Source: Tubulanus polymorphus (lineage: Eukaryota; Animalia; Nemertea). Taken from it: DNA of 64,000 nucleotides. Location: assembly GCF_964204645.1 (NCBI RefSeq), contig NC_134030.1, forward strand, positions 14,260,110 through 14,324,109. Reading direction: 5' to 3'. Below are positions 40,881-51,904 of this stretch, piece after piece (the first letter of the stretch is position 1; every line of letters begins with the position of its first letter). The translations under genes were made by a program, and so were the position numbers. The notes beneath the pieces are model-generated. The model was not told the DNA's origin, did no database searches, and worked only from the letters and a program-made list of their open reading frames with translations.

Positions 40881-42253
40881 TTTGTCGGAACATTAAGTTT
40901 TTTGGTCGAACAGTGTGTTAAGGTCGTTTTGGAAATTTACTCGGTCTGGTATATTTTGGATACAATCCGTCTGATATCATTCAGCTCACTTCGATCTACA
41001 AATAACCCGTGCGTATTTTGAAGAATCATCGTTACAAAAGCACTGTCGGGCCATAAACATCGAAAATTGAGCCCCATTCAAAGAGCCGACATGTTTTTCT
41101 AAGTCCTCTTTCCGAAATCTACCGCACGTTTCTTGTCACATCAATTATCAATTCAAGCATAAATTAACAAATTTATTACCCAAAGATTGCACATTCTGTC
41201 GCGGTTTTTAAAAACTAATTTTAACAATAGCCCATTTTCTTCATAAAATCATATTACCGATATACAGGAAATTTACTACTTTAGATTTTAAAAGCACTGT
41301 CGAGCCGTAAACATCGACGAATCGACGTGTGTCACTACATCGTCGTTCCGGGGATCAGCTGCGAGTTTCACCTCATCATGAGAATCAAATCGAGTACAAA
41401 TTAATTTATTACTACCAGTGATTTGGCTGCGGGCGTCATGCAGTTAGTTTAGCAATACCTATTTTTCTTTATCAAGTTAACCGTGTATTTACTAAGATAA
41501 ATCATAAGTGTACCGGGGAGTCGTAGATCTAAACGAAACACGCCGAAGAGATATAGCGGAGAAAAGCTGTTATGTCGACGAGGTATCAAAATAAAATAAT
41601 ACATTACTTTATTCGGCCGCTGGCTTCAAACTCTATATCAATACCATCAATACTCTATATTTCCTACAGTACATACCGATCATTGTCAAATGCACAAGGT
41701 ATTTACTAGATACAAGTATATAACACACTCCTTTCCGTATGCTGGAGTCACACTTCAAATTTGAGTAAGCGTTCGCTGTGGGGGAAAGGAGATCGTTCGC
41801 TTTGTCGCTTGAAGTGTTTATCGAGTTTTACGTGGCTTTAGGCCTACCGGTATTGAGCTTAACTGTCTCAAACAAACACAGTATAATTGTTGCGTTTATT
41901 AACGGACTCATTGGATTGAACTTCAAAACAAAATTTTCGACATTTAGGAGGGTTGTTATTCAATAGGCCCACGACCAATCTGTCCGGATGTTAGGCCTAC
42001 GCATATACATAGGCCTACATAGGCTAGTAGCCTCTACTAGGTTAAAGCTAAGTTCACTGTAAACGAGGAATCAGATTTATTAAAGTGCATGTTAATTAGT
42101 GATTTACTGGTTCTGACTAGTAACGATCAATCACAATTATCAATTTTATTGACAAAAATGAAGATTTTTTTGAAAATTTCGTCCGAGCAGACAGCTTTAT
42201 AAGCCAGACTTTTCATCATCAATGAAACTGGTATTTCTTTAATTCCTATGACT

Positions 42254-42515
42254 TAAGCCGGGGGTGGCTCGGGGTGGGTCGGCCTTGCGATGGCTTGTGA
42301 CTCACTGCGAGGCCATTCACTGCGACCGCCAGCGACGATTGTGTCGCAACGACTCATCGACCTACGCTACCTTGCGACAGGTTGTGACTGTCAGCAACGC
42401 CAGTGACAAGGAGTCGCACGTGTTCTACTTTCTGCAACGCGACACGACTGTCACAACCGACCTACGTGCTCTTGCGACTGGCAGAAACTAGTCGCACACA
42501 GTCGCTGACAATCAT
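42254..42515. mobile_element. GC-rich fragment with GCGAC/GTCGC repeats, probable truncated MITE
   Basis: Abrupt GC shift after TTAA; joins directly into the middle of a HINE-B. Confidence 0.35.
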
Positions 42516-43135
42516 AGTTGTAGTTCATGACATCGTCTATGATTGTGGTGAGTTTTTAAGGACATTAGTTATTCAATATAGTCACCAGGGGGCGTTGAAT
42601 TGTAGAAAAGCTTAGTTTTTCCTTATTAGATTGGTACCTAGACATAGTTTGTTACCATGATCCATTGCAAAGTTGTAGATCATGACATCATCTATGATTG
42701 TGGTGAGTTTTTAAGGACATTAGTTATTCCATATAGTCACCAGGGGGCGTTGAATAGTAGAATGGCTTAGTATTTCCTTATTAGATTGGTACCTAGGCAT
42801 ATTTTGTTACTATGATCAATTGCAAAGTTGTATTTCATGACATGTACTACGATTGTGGTGAGTTTTAAGGTCATTGGGTTTTGCATATGGTCACCAGGGG
42901 CGTTGAATAGTAGAATAACTTAGTATTTCCATATTAAATTGGTAACGAGGCATATTTTGTTATCACAATCAATTACAAAATCATAGCTGCTCACATGTTC
43001 TATGATTGTGGTGGGTTTCGAGGTCATTGGTTTTTGTATATGGTCACTAGAGGGCGTTATGTATTGAAATTGTTAGATTGTTGAGCATTTGAAACCACTT
43101 CCCAAGTGAGCATGGTGTCCCTGGACACCTAGTTT
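42516..43135 (+). mobile_element. HINE-B copy 3, 3' part only
   Basis: ~155-bp repeats and 3' end TCCCAAGTGAGCATGGTGTCCCTGGACACCTAGTTT. Confidence 0.8.
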
Positions 43136-43432
43136 GGTTTTGTCTCCCGCGACAATTCATTATTCTGGTTTTGTCGCACGCAACAATTCAATATTTTGTT
43201 TTTGTCGTCCGCGACAATTCATTATTTTGGTTTTATCGCCGCGACAATTCAATATTTTGGTTTTAACGCCCGCGACAATTTATTATTGTGGTTTTATCGC
43301 CCGCGACAATTCATTATTTTGGTTTTATCGCCCGCGACAATTCATTATTTTTGTTTTGTCGCCCGTGACAATTCAATATTATGGTTTTGTCACCCGCGAC
43401 AATTCATAATTTTGGTTTTGTCACCCGTGGTT
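43136..43432. repeat. 31-bp minisatellite
   Basis: Same consensus. Confidence 0.95.
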
Positions 43433-45151
43433 TTGTCGGAACATTAAGTTTTTTGGTCGAACAGTGTGTTAAGGTCGTTTTGGAAATTTACTCGGTCTGG
43501 TATATTTTGGATTACTGTGTATGTCATTTGTCAGGACATTAAACAGAAGACGACTTAGGATACTGCCTTGCGTGACTCCACTAGTTAGACCGTCTCATTC
43601 CAAGAGGAGGCGTTCCGTTGATTTCGGTTACAAGTTTCCGTTCAGAGATAACTGCTGAACCATTTAAACGACCTATCATTGATACTGTTTCCTAATAGCC
43701 TCTTCAGTAATGGCCGATGTTGAGCCTTATCAAATGCTTTGTTGAAATCCACCGTTGAACAGGATTCTAAGACTGTGTAGAAAACCCGTTATCGCTGCTT
43801 TGCAGCTATATTTATTATTATTTTCTTCCACACTATTTTTATCAAAAGAACATAGGCTTTGTTACCTTACCGCTGTTTCATATACAATCCATATAATATC
43901 GTTCAGCTCACTGAGATCTACAAATAGCCCGCGTGTTTTTTCACGAATCATCGTTACAAAAGCGCTGTCGGGCCGTAAACATCGAAAATTTAGCCCCATT
44001 CAATGGGGCGACATGTTTTTCGAGTCGTCATCCCGAAATCAACCCGCAGGCCGACTGTCACTTCGATTATCAATTCAAGTATGAATGAACTAATTTATTG
44101 CTGCAGACTTCAAATTCAGTCGCAGTCTTCAAACAGTGATTTTAACAATAGCCCATTTTCCTCATCAAATTATATTACCGATACACTGGAAATTTACTAC
44201 TTTAGATTTTAAAAGCACTGTTGAGCCGTAAACATCGACGAATCGACGTGTGTTACTACATCGTCGTTCCGGGGATCAGCTGCGAGTTTCTCCTCATCAT
44301 GAGAATCAAATCGAGTACAAATTAATTTATTACTACCAGTGATTTGGCTGCGGTTTCAAGGAGTTAGTATAACAATACCTATTTTTCTTTACCGAATTAA
44401 CCGTGTATTTACTAAGATAAATCTTAAGTGTACCGGGGAATCGTAGGCCTAAACTAAACACGCCGAAGAGATATAGCGGAGAAAAGCTGTTATGTCGACG
44501 AGGTATCAAAATAAAAGAATATATTACTTTATTCGGCCGCGGGCTTCAACCTCTATATCAAAATCCATCAATACTCTATATTTCCTACAGTACATACCGA
44601 TCATTGTCAAATGCACAAGGTATTTACTAAATACAAGTATATAAAACACTCCCATCCGTATGCTGGACTCACACTTGACATTCGGAGTAAGCGTTCGCTG
44701 TGGGGGAAAGGGATCGTTCGCTATGTCGCTTGAAGTGTTTATCGAGTTTGACGCGGCTTTAGGCCTACCGGTACTGAGCTTTACTGTATCAAACAAACAC
44801 AGTACAATTGTTGCGTTTATTAACGGACTCATTGGATTGAACTTCAAAACAAAATTTACGATATTTAGGTGGGTTGTTAAATTCAATAGGCCTACGACCA
44901 ATCTGTCCGGATGTTAGGCCTACACATATACATAGGCTTACATAGGCTAGTAGCCTCTACTAGGTTAAGCGTTCGCTGTGGGGGAAAGGAGATCGTTCGC
45001 TGTGTCGCTTGAAGTGTTTATCGAGTTTTACGCGACCATAAGCAGGCTTTAGTATGGTGGCTGATAAGGGCCATGCGTAAAAAAACACGTATATGCAAAA
45101 GAGGGCGACATTATGACAAAACGACAAAACTAAAATAACGCGACAAAACAA

Positions 45152-45370
45152 TAATTTTGGTTTTGTCGCCCGCGACAATTCATTATTTTGGTTTTATCGC
45201 CCGCGACAATTCATTATTTTGGTTTTATCGTCCGCGACAATTCATTAATTTGGTCTTGTCACCCGCGACAAATCAATATTTTGGTTTTGTCGCCCATGAC
45301 AATTCAATATTTCGGTTTTTATCGCCCGCGACAATTCATTATTTTGGTTTTATCGCCCGCGACAATTCTT
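45152..45370. repeat. 31-bp minisatellite
   Basis: Same consensus. Confidence 0.95.
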
Positions 45371-45371
45371 T

Positions 45372-46626
45372 TTCAGTCCACTTGGGACTTTAGTCCCAGC
45401 GGGCTATTGTGTTCACTTTTCGTCCGTCTGTCCCTCCATAGACGGAATCCAGTTATTTTGGGAAGTTTTGAAGACGCTTCAAGGTAATGTCTTGATATTT
45501 GGTTTGTACATGTATCTACCCTAGACACATCGTCAGCCCAAAAACAGGCCCTGTCAGATTCAAGATGGCCGACTGGCAGCCATTGTTGTTTGCCAAAATC
45601 AGCACTTTTTAAACATTTTCGAAGGTTTCGTGGGAAATTTTGAAGACGCTTCGATCAATTACCTTGATCTTTCGTTTATATTTGAATCTACCAAAGGCCA
45701 ATCAGCATAAGAAAATTGGGTCGATCTGACTCAAGATGGCCGTCCTATGACCTTTTTAGTGCCCAAAAATGTAAATTTTGGCCAGAATTCTAGGTCCTGT
45801 AGCTTCCTATTGGTTTGCCATTTTTCATTGCAATTGCTGATGGGTATTCCTTATAGAGGGATGTTATATACCTGGGACAGGTATTTTGATCAGCCAATTA
45901 TGACGCAATTGGCGGCCATCTTGGTGTCATCAGTACTCATTCGTAGGTGGGAAAAAGTTTTTCCACATTAAATTGATACCTAAGCATATTGTGTTACTAT
46001 ATTCAATTGGAAAGTTGCAGCCCATAACGTGTTCTATGATTTTGGTGAGTTTCAAGGTCATTGGTTTTTGTATGTGGCCATCAGGGGGCGTTGAATAATA
46101 CAATAACTTAGTATTGCTATATTTGTACCAAGGCATATTTTGTTACCATGATCAATTGCAAAGTTGTAGTTTATGACATCGTCTATGATTGTGGTGAGTT
46201 TTTAAGGACATTAGTTATTCCATATAGTCACCAGGGGGCGTTGAATAGTAGAATGGCTTAGTATTTCCTTATTAGATTGGTACCTAGGCATAGTTTGTTA
46301 CTATGATCAATTGCAAAGTTGTATTTCATGACATGTACTACGATTGGGGTGAGTTTTAAGGTCATTGGGTTTTGCATATGGTCACCAGGGGGCGTTGAAT
46401 AGTAGAATAACTTAGTATTTCCATATTAAATTGGTAACGAGGCATATTTTGTTATCACAATCGATTACAAAATCATAGCTGCTCACATGTTCTATGATTG
46501 TGGTGGGTTTCAAGGTCATTGGTTTTTGTATATTGTCACTAGAGGGCGTTATGTATTGAAATTGTTAGATTGTTGAGCATTTGAAACCACTTCCCAAGTG
46601 AGCATGGTGTCCCTGGACCCCTAGTT
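45372..46626 (+). mobile_element. Nested HINE-B copy 4 (one fewer 155-bp unit)
   Basis: Same termini as copies 1-2. Confidence 0.85.
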
Positions 46627-46862
46627 TGGTTTTGTCGCCCGCGACAATTCATTATTTTGGTTTTGTCGTCCGCGACAATTCATTATTTTGGTGTTATCGC
46701 CCGCGACAATTCAATATTTTGGTTTTATCGCCCCCGACAATTCATTATTTTGGTTTTATCGCCCGCGACAATTCATTATTTTTGTTTTGTCGCCCGTGAC
46801 AATTCAATATTTCGGTTTTGTCACCCGCGACAATTCATAATTTTGGTTTTGTCACCCGTGGT
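46627..46862. repeat. 31-bp minisatellite
   Basis: Same consensus. Confidence 0.95.
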
Positions 46863-47243
46863 TTTGCCGGAACATTAAGTTTTTTGGTCGAACAGTGTGT
46901 TAAGGTCGTTTTGGAAATTTACTCGGTCTTGTATATTTTGGATTACTGTGTATGTCATTTGTCAGGACATTAAACAGAAGACGACTTAGGATACTACCTT
47001 GCGTGACTCCACTAGTTAGACCGTCTCATTCCAAGATGAGGCGTTCCGTTGATTTCGGTTACAAGTTTCCGTTCAGAGATAACTGCTGAGCCATTTGGGT
47101 GACCATCATTGATACTGTTTCCTAATAGCCTGTTTAGTAATGGCTGATGTTGAGCCTTATCAAATGCTTTGTTGAAATCCACCGTTGAACAGGATTCTAA
47201 GACTGTGCAGGAAACCCGTTATCGCTGCTTTGCAGCTATATTT

Positions 47244-47785
47244 AGATTTGATTTTATTTTCAAGAGGTCTAAAATTTTCCAATTCCAAATAAGTTTTTTA
47301 TTGTATTCATCATTCATGTTAAATTTAGATATTGGTAAGGTATGATCAATATGAAAATAATCTCCATAATTATCTATATTCATGTGACTATCGAATTGAA
47401 ATATAATCCATGATTTGAGAAATTTATCTGTACAACCCAACAAATTAGATAGTGTTTCTGAATGTGTTTCTTTGTTGAATAATTGTGTTAATCTAGATCT
47501 TAAGCATTGTTTCAATCTAAAATTAAGATCTGTTTTATATCTTTCTCTCATATATTCTGTCATATAATCATTATAAGCTTCCCTATTATTTTCTCGGTAT
47601 TGTTTGGCATATAGTTTAATACAAGTTTTACAGCAATATTGAAAACCATCTTTGCTAATCTTACGCTTACTAAATTCTGTTATAGCTAATTTATCTAATT
47701 CACATTTAGAACACTTCTTATAGTATATATTTATGACACCAGTGTTATTTGTAATATTGATAGTTTGTGGTTGTTCTGGTTCCAT
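47244..47785 (-). pseudogene. Zinc-ribbon plus HNH (His-Me finger) endonuclease, copy 1, C-terminus damaged
   Basis: CSKC..CKTC, DLNFRLKQCLRSRL, LGC, NYGDYFHIDHTLP; the last codons of ORF 47219-47785 come from the HINE-A end. Confidence 0.75.
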
Positions 47786-48130
47786 TTATTATACATATTT
47801 TTTTACTAAATTGATTTTAGAAGTTATTCATTTATATGTTATTCAATGATTTAAATATGAATCATTTCAATCACACTTTACTAACACTTTTAATGTTTAA
47901 AAATCTAACTCATACAAATATAAATATTAAAATATGTTTCAAATATATCTATATATCTATTCTATAAGAGCTACCCTCCGCCCTCTGGTATGAAAGCCTA
48001 CTTTTCTAATTACTTATATGTTATTCATGTAAATTATGTTTATATATATGATTATTTTAAGAGTAAAAGGGGAATGTGGCTTTCAGGTTAAAAGTTGAAG
48101 GGGCGAGTGAGTAAAAAATGAAAATAACAA

Positions 48131-48180
48131 TAATTTCTAGTTGAATTAGGAGTGTGCGCGACTAATTCAACTGGAAATTA
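48131..48180 (-). terminator. 19-bp stem hairpin directly downstream of HNH copy 2 stop codon
   Basis: TAATTTCTAGTTGAATTAG-12 nt-CTAATTCAACTGGAAATTA, one mismatch; function inferred. Confidence 0.4.
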
Positions 48181-48183
48181 TTT

Positions 48184-48741
48184 TTATTTTTTAGATTTAA
48201 TTATGTTTTCCTTCTTTTCTAAAGGTCTTAAATTTCTCCAACTCCATATTAGCTTCTTTTTATAATCATCACTCATGTCAAATTTAGAAATCGGCAACAC
48301 ATGATCAATATGAAAGTATTCGCCATAATTATCTATATTCATTTTTTCGTCGAATTGATATATTATCCATGATTTTAAGAATTCATCTGAACAACCCAAG
48401 AAATTAGATAGTGTTTCTGAATGTGTTTCTTTGTTGAATAATTGTGTTAATCTAGATCTTAAGCATTGTTTCAACCTAAAATTAAGATCTGTTTGATATC
48501 TTTCTCTCATATATTCTGTCATATAATCATTATAAGCTTCTCTATGATCTACTCGATATTGTTTGGTATATAGTTTAGTACAAGTTTTACAGCAATATTG
48601 AAAACCATCTTTGCTAATCTTACGCTTACTAAATTCTGTAAATGGTTTACCTAATTCACACTTAGAACACTTCTTGTAGTATATATTTATAACACCAGTG
48701 TTATTTGTAATATTGATAGTTTGTGGTTGTTCTGGTTCCAT
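48184..48741 (-). CDS. Zinc-ribbon plus HNH (His-Me finger) endonuclease, copy 2, intact 185 aa
   Basis: CxxC..CxxC, NYGEYFHIDHVLPISKF..WRNLRPLEKKENIIKS; pattern typical of giant-virus/phage HNH nucleases. Confidence 0.8.
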   Translation of the reverse strand: MEPEQPQTINITNNTGVINIYYKKCSKCELGKPFTEFSKRKISKDGFQYCCKTCTKLYTKQYRVDHREAYNDYMTEYMRERYQTDLNFRLKQCLRSRLTQLFNKETHSETLSNFLGCSDEFLKSWIIYQFDEKMNIDNYGEYFHIDHVLPISKFDMSDDYKKKLIWSWRNLRPLEKKENIIKSKK

Positions 48742-48874
48742 TTATTATACATAGTTTTTTACTAAATTGGTTAGTATTTTAGAATCCTCTTCCATTTCTT
48801 CGACCAACGTCATCCTTTTTCATTCCTCGTTGCTTTTGATAATTCGTTTCGATTCCTTGATATCTAAATCATAC

Positions 48875-49188
48875 CACTAGGCAAGACCGGCCATTCAGGC
48901 CCGGTTTGGATCAATGCGCATGCGCTAATCATAATTATATATTCATTCTGTAAATTCTGTAAAATAGAAACGACCGACATAAAATATCAAAACGCATGTG
49001 CACTAGGCAAGACCGGGCATTCAGGCCCGGTTTGGATCAATGCGCATGCGCTAATCATAATTATATATTCATTCTGTAAATTGTGTAAAATAGAAACGAC
49101 CGACATAAAATATCAAAACGCATGTGCACTAGGCAAGACCGGGCATTCAGGCCCGGTTTGGATCAATGCGCATGCGCTAATCATAATT
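48875..49188. repeat. 126-bp tandem repeat, 2.5 copies
   Basis: CACTAGGCAAGACC starts at 48875, 49001, 49127; each contains TGCGCATGCGC. Confidence 0.95.
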
Positions 49189-49207
49189 GAAACGACTGAA
49201 CATGGTT

Positions 49208-49510
49208 AAAGGTTGAATGGTCGAGCTCATAAAAAAATAAATGTTAAAAGTAATTTAAAACTATAATATATTTTCATAGCCGTGTGTATTTTAGTTAAAT
49301 AATAGAATAATTATTATTATTTGAATATATTTGATTATATGAATTTGTGTATTGTAAATAAATCAATTGGTCGCTTTTAAAATTTAAATTATTAATATCT
49401 TAGAATAAATATTTAGTTATAATATAGAATACACACGGCTATGAAAATATATTATAGTTTTAAATCACTTTTAATATTTATTTTTTAATGAGCTCGACCG
49501 TTCGACCTTT
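49208..49510. repeat. ~300-bp fold-back with ~85-bp inverted arms
   Basis: AAAGGTTGAATGGTCGAGCTCAT..GCCGTGTGTATT versus AATACACACGGC..ATGAGCTCGACCGTTCGACCTTT. Confidence 0.9.
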
Positions 49511-49651
49511 GGCCTGAACCAACTAAACCCCTATTACTGACGACGACGACGACAGTGCTGGTTGTGGTGGCGGCGACAGCGACAATGACGATGAGAATGA
49601 TGACGGACGGGGAGTGACTGATTCAAAAGATTACAGAGTTTTGGAGAGAAT

Positions 49652-50110
49652 TGTTGTGACATAGGCATTTTAATCAATTTAACTACGTATCACTTTCTGC
49701 TATTACGCTATCTCAAGCTCGTGGGACAATTCCTGCTGTTTAGTAATTATAGAATAATTAAAAGCTTTCTGTTCAAACCCGGAATTAGATAAGATAAATT
49801 TCTAGAATAAATGCACGGTACTCTCGGGGAAAAACGGAGAGGGAGAGCAACCTTGGCGGCATCGACCGGAGCAGAGGCAGCGCAACAAGCGGGGTAAGGG
49901 TGATATGATATTGTCAGTTGTCATTTGTTTAAGTTTCATGCAATAGAACGCTTGCATCATTTTATCAACCAGAGTTTAGTGGTTGGTTATGTTTGGTCTC
50001 TGGTTTCTATATCGCCGTGCAGGACACAAGGGGAAGTGCTTACGTCACGAACAAGAACAGCGGCGCTCTCCCACAGCAATTTCGGGTATCCCCCTCCAGG
50101 TCGCACGACA
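49652..50110 (+). repeat. 5' LTR
   Basis: TGTTGTG..CACGACA; about ten mismatches to the 3' LTR by eye. Confidence 0.97.
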
Positions 50111-50114
50111 CATT

Positions 50115-50132
50115 TGGTGCCGAAACCTGGGA
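50115..50132 (+). promoter_or_regulatory. Primer binding site, tRNA-Phe
   Basis: TGGTGCCGAAACCTGGGA, 17/18 to the complement of the animal tRNA-Phe 3' end (TGGTGCCGAAACCCGGGA). Confidence 0.88.
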
Positions 50133-50841
50133 CCAATTTTTTTCGTATGTATACGGTCGTAATCTAGTAAAGTATTTGATTTCGGGATGCATTCATCCAG
50201 GTAGCTATTTGGAAAACTCAGCAGTTGTGTTAATTAATTAGCTTATCGTTTTAGGAATATTAGGAATAATTTTTTTTCAAAGGAAAATATCGTGTTTAAG
50301 AGTGGTAACTGAAGTACTTGCATTAGTTGACATTTTATAATTTTTTTTCACAGTGACTTGCTTTAGCGTTTCCGGTGGGATTTATCGCGTGGTTTGTTGA
50401 ATCTGACAGTAACAGTGTCGTATGTTCTGGGGTATTGAGTGAAGAGATATTGATAAGCATATTAGTTATTTGCGCTGTTGTTCAAGTTGTATGAGGTCGT
50501 TTAAGCGTTAGTATAGAGTATAATGGATTATAAAGTTTTATATGTATGTGCTTGGAATAAAGAGCATATTTTCAAAGTAGTGATAACAATTTATTGCGAT
50601 GATATAATGGTACCAATTATGAGGTTATAAAGGGTAAAATGTTCGGTATTTCAGTGGATTAATGATAAAGGATATTTTTTTAGTATCACAAAATTAAATG
50701 AAGTATAGTAGGAAACGATTTTAGTATAGTTGTAATTGTAGTATAATTAGCATTTTGTTTCAGGTTAATTTAGTCAGTAAGTTGAATTAAGAAAAAATTA
50801 CGGGTTATAATTTTGACTAATATAGTGGTAGATTATTACGT

Positions 50842-51904
50842 ATGTATAGGACACTCAGAAGTAGGACATTGAATATAATGGATCCTGAGGAAGAAATTGT
50901 AGACACTAGTCAAAGGGTAGAACCCACAGAGAAGGATCTTCTCTTTTTAATTGCGCAAAGGTTAGGAAATTCCACTAGTCTCGGGGATATTCTAGCTATT
51001 TCGAAGTTTTCAGGGAGACGGAACGGAGTAGATTTCTCTACGTGGATTCGGACGTATGAGAACACTGCCGATGCTAGAGGTTGGTCGGACGAGCAAAAGA
51101 AACAGTTTATTTTTCAGTATCTGGAAGGGCCTGCTCGTCGGTTCTTTGATGATTTATTAATTTCTCAAGGTACGAAATTTTCCCAGATATTTGAGTCGTT
51201 TAGGGAACAATTTGAATCGGATTCGATTAGGCTTCAAAAAGAAACTGACTATTCGGGACTTTCTCAAAAAAAGGGTGAGACAGTCGATGATTTTTTTTGA
51301 AAGAATTGATAGTCTGGGTCATAGACTCCGAAAATCGGATCGTGATAAACTCATAGCGTTTCTAAATGGTTTAAATAAACAGCTGAAAAAAGAGGTCATG
51401 CTAATGAGACCAGGTACGTTTACACAGGCAATTGAACATGCTCGGGTTGTGGAGCAGCTTTTGGACCAAGATGATATTCCGGCAGTACGTCGGACAGTTA
51501 CGGACAATGGTCTGGAAACAATGTCGGAAATTAAACATATGTTTTCTCAATTTCTTGAAGAACAGAGACGATCCCGTAGTTTTGAAGGCCATGAATCGTC
51601 AGGGCCGAATGATCGATATAGGCAGCCGAATTCAGGGAATCCAAGAAATCGATACCAGAATCAGCGACAGGGAAGGTTTCAACAGTCCGGACGTCCTACT
51701 ACATTTTTACACGATCACCAAGATACTTTCCGCCATGAAAGGAATCTCTCAGGTAATAACAATTGCTTCAACTGTGGACAACCGGGGCACTACCAGATAT
51801 TCTGTCCACATAATCAGTTCACTCCGAGGTATTCACGACGTCCCCAAAATTATTCGTCTATGGGAAATAGACAAGGTCGCCGACCCCAAATGGCAAGCCG
51901 GTGA
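50842..51904 (+). pseudogene. gag: Gag with CCHC zinc knuckle; frameshift in T8 run at ~51291
   Basis: KFSG..FSTWIRTYE..GWSD..YLEGPARRFF, QKKGETV, AFLNGL, CFNCGQPGHYQIFC. Confidence 0.92.

Larger units (their letters stand above)
28848..47243 (+). mobile_element. Head-to-tail array of non-autonomous Helentron-type elements (HINE-A): units ~28848-36336, 36337-43813, 43814-47243
   Basis: 5' TT-AGGGTTTTCTG..CAGAAAACCCT hairpin plus (TTA)n; each unit ends CAGAAAACCC subterminal IR, GCTGCTTTGCAGC hairpin, TATATTT; no TSD; unit 2 holds an extra diverged partial copy at ~40960-42050. Confidence 0.85.
47244..49538. mobile_element. Distal segment of the Polinton, possibly including its right terminus
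   Basis: ATAAATG starts, shared cis-motif (47969-48015), shared palindrome (49208-49510); ends CCCCTATTACT before unrelated acidic coding sequence. Confidence 0.65.

Noticed and set aside
30465-46862. CRISPR-like look of the palindromic 31-bp repeats
   Set aside because: Units are contiguous with no unique spacers, no cas genes, eukaryotic context
30563-46878. Dozens of overlapping ORFs (VLSPATIHYFGFIARDNSLFWFYRPRQF..)
   Set aside because: Translations of the stop-poor 31-bp minisatellite in all frames
50115-50132. tRNA gene
   Set aside because: Only the 18-nt complement of a tRNA 3' end, i.e. a PBS
49925-50241. ORFs overlapping the LTRs (also 57264-57797)
   Set aside because: Cross LTR boundaries, no motifs
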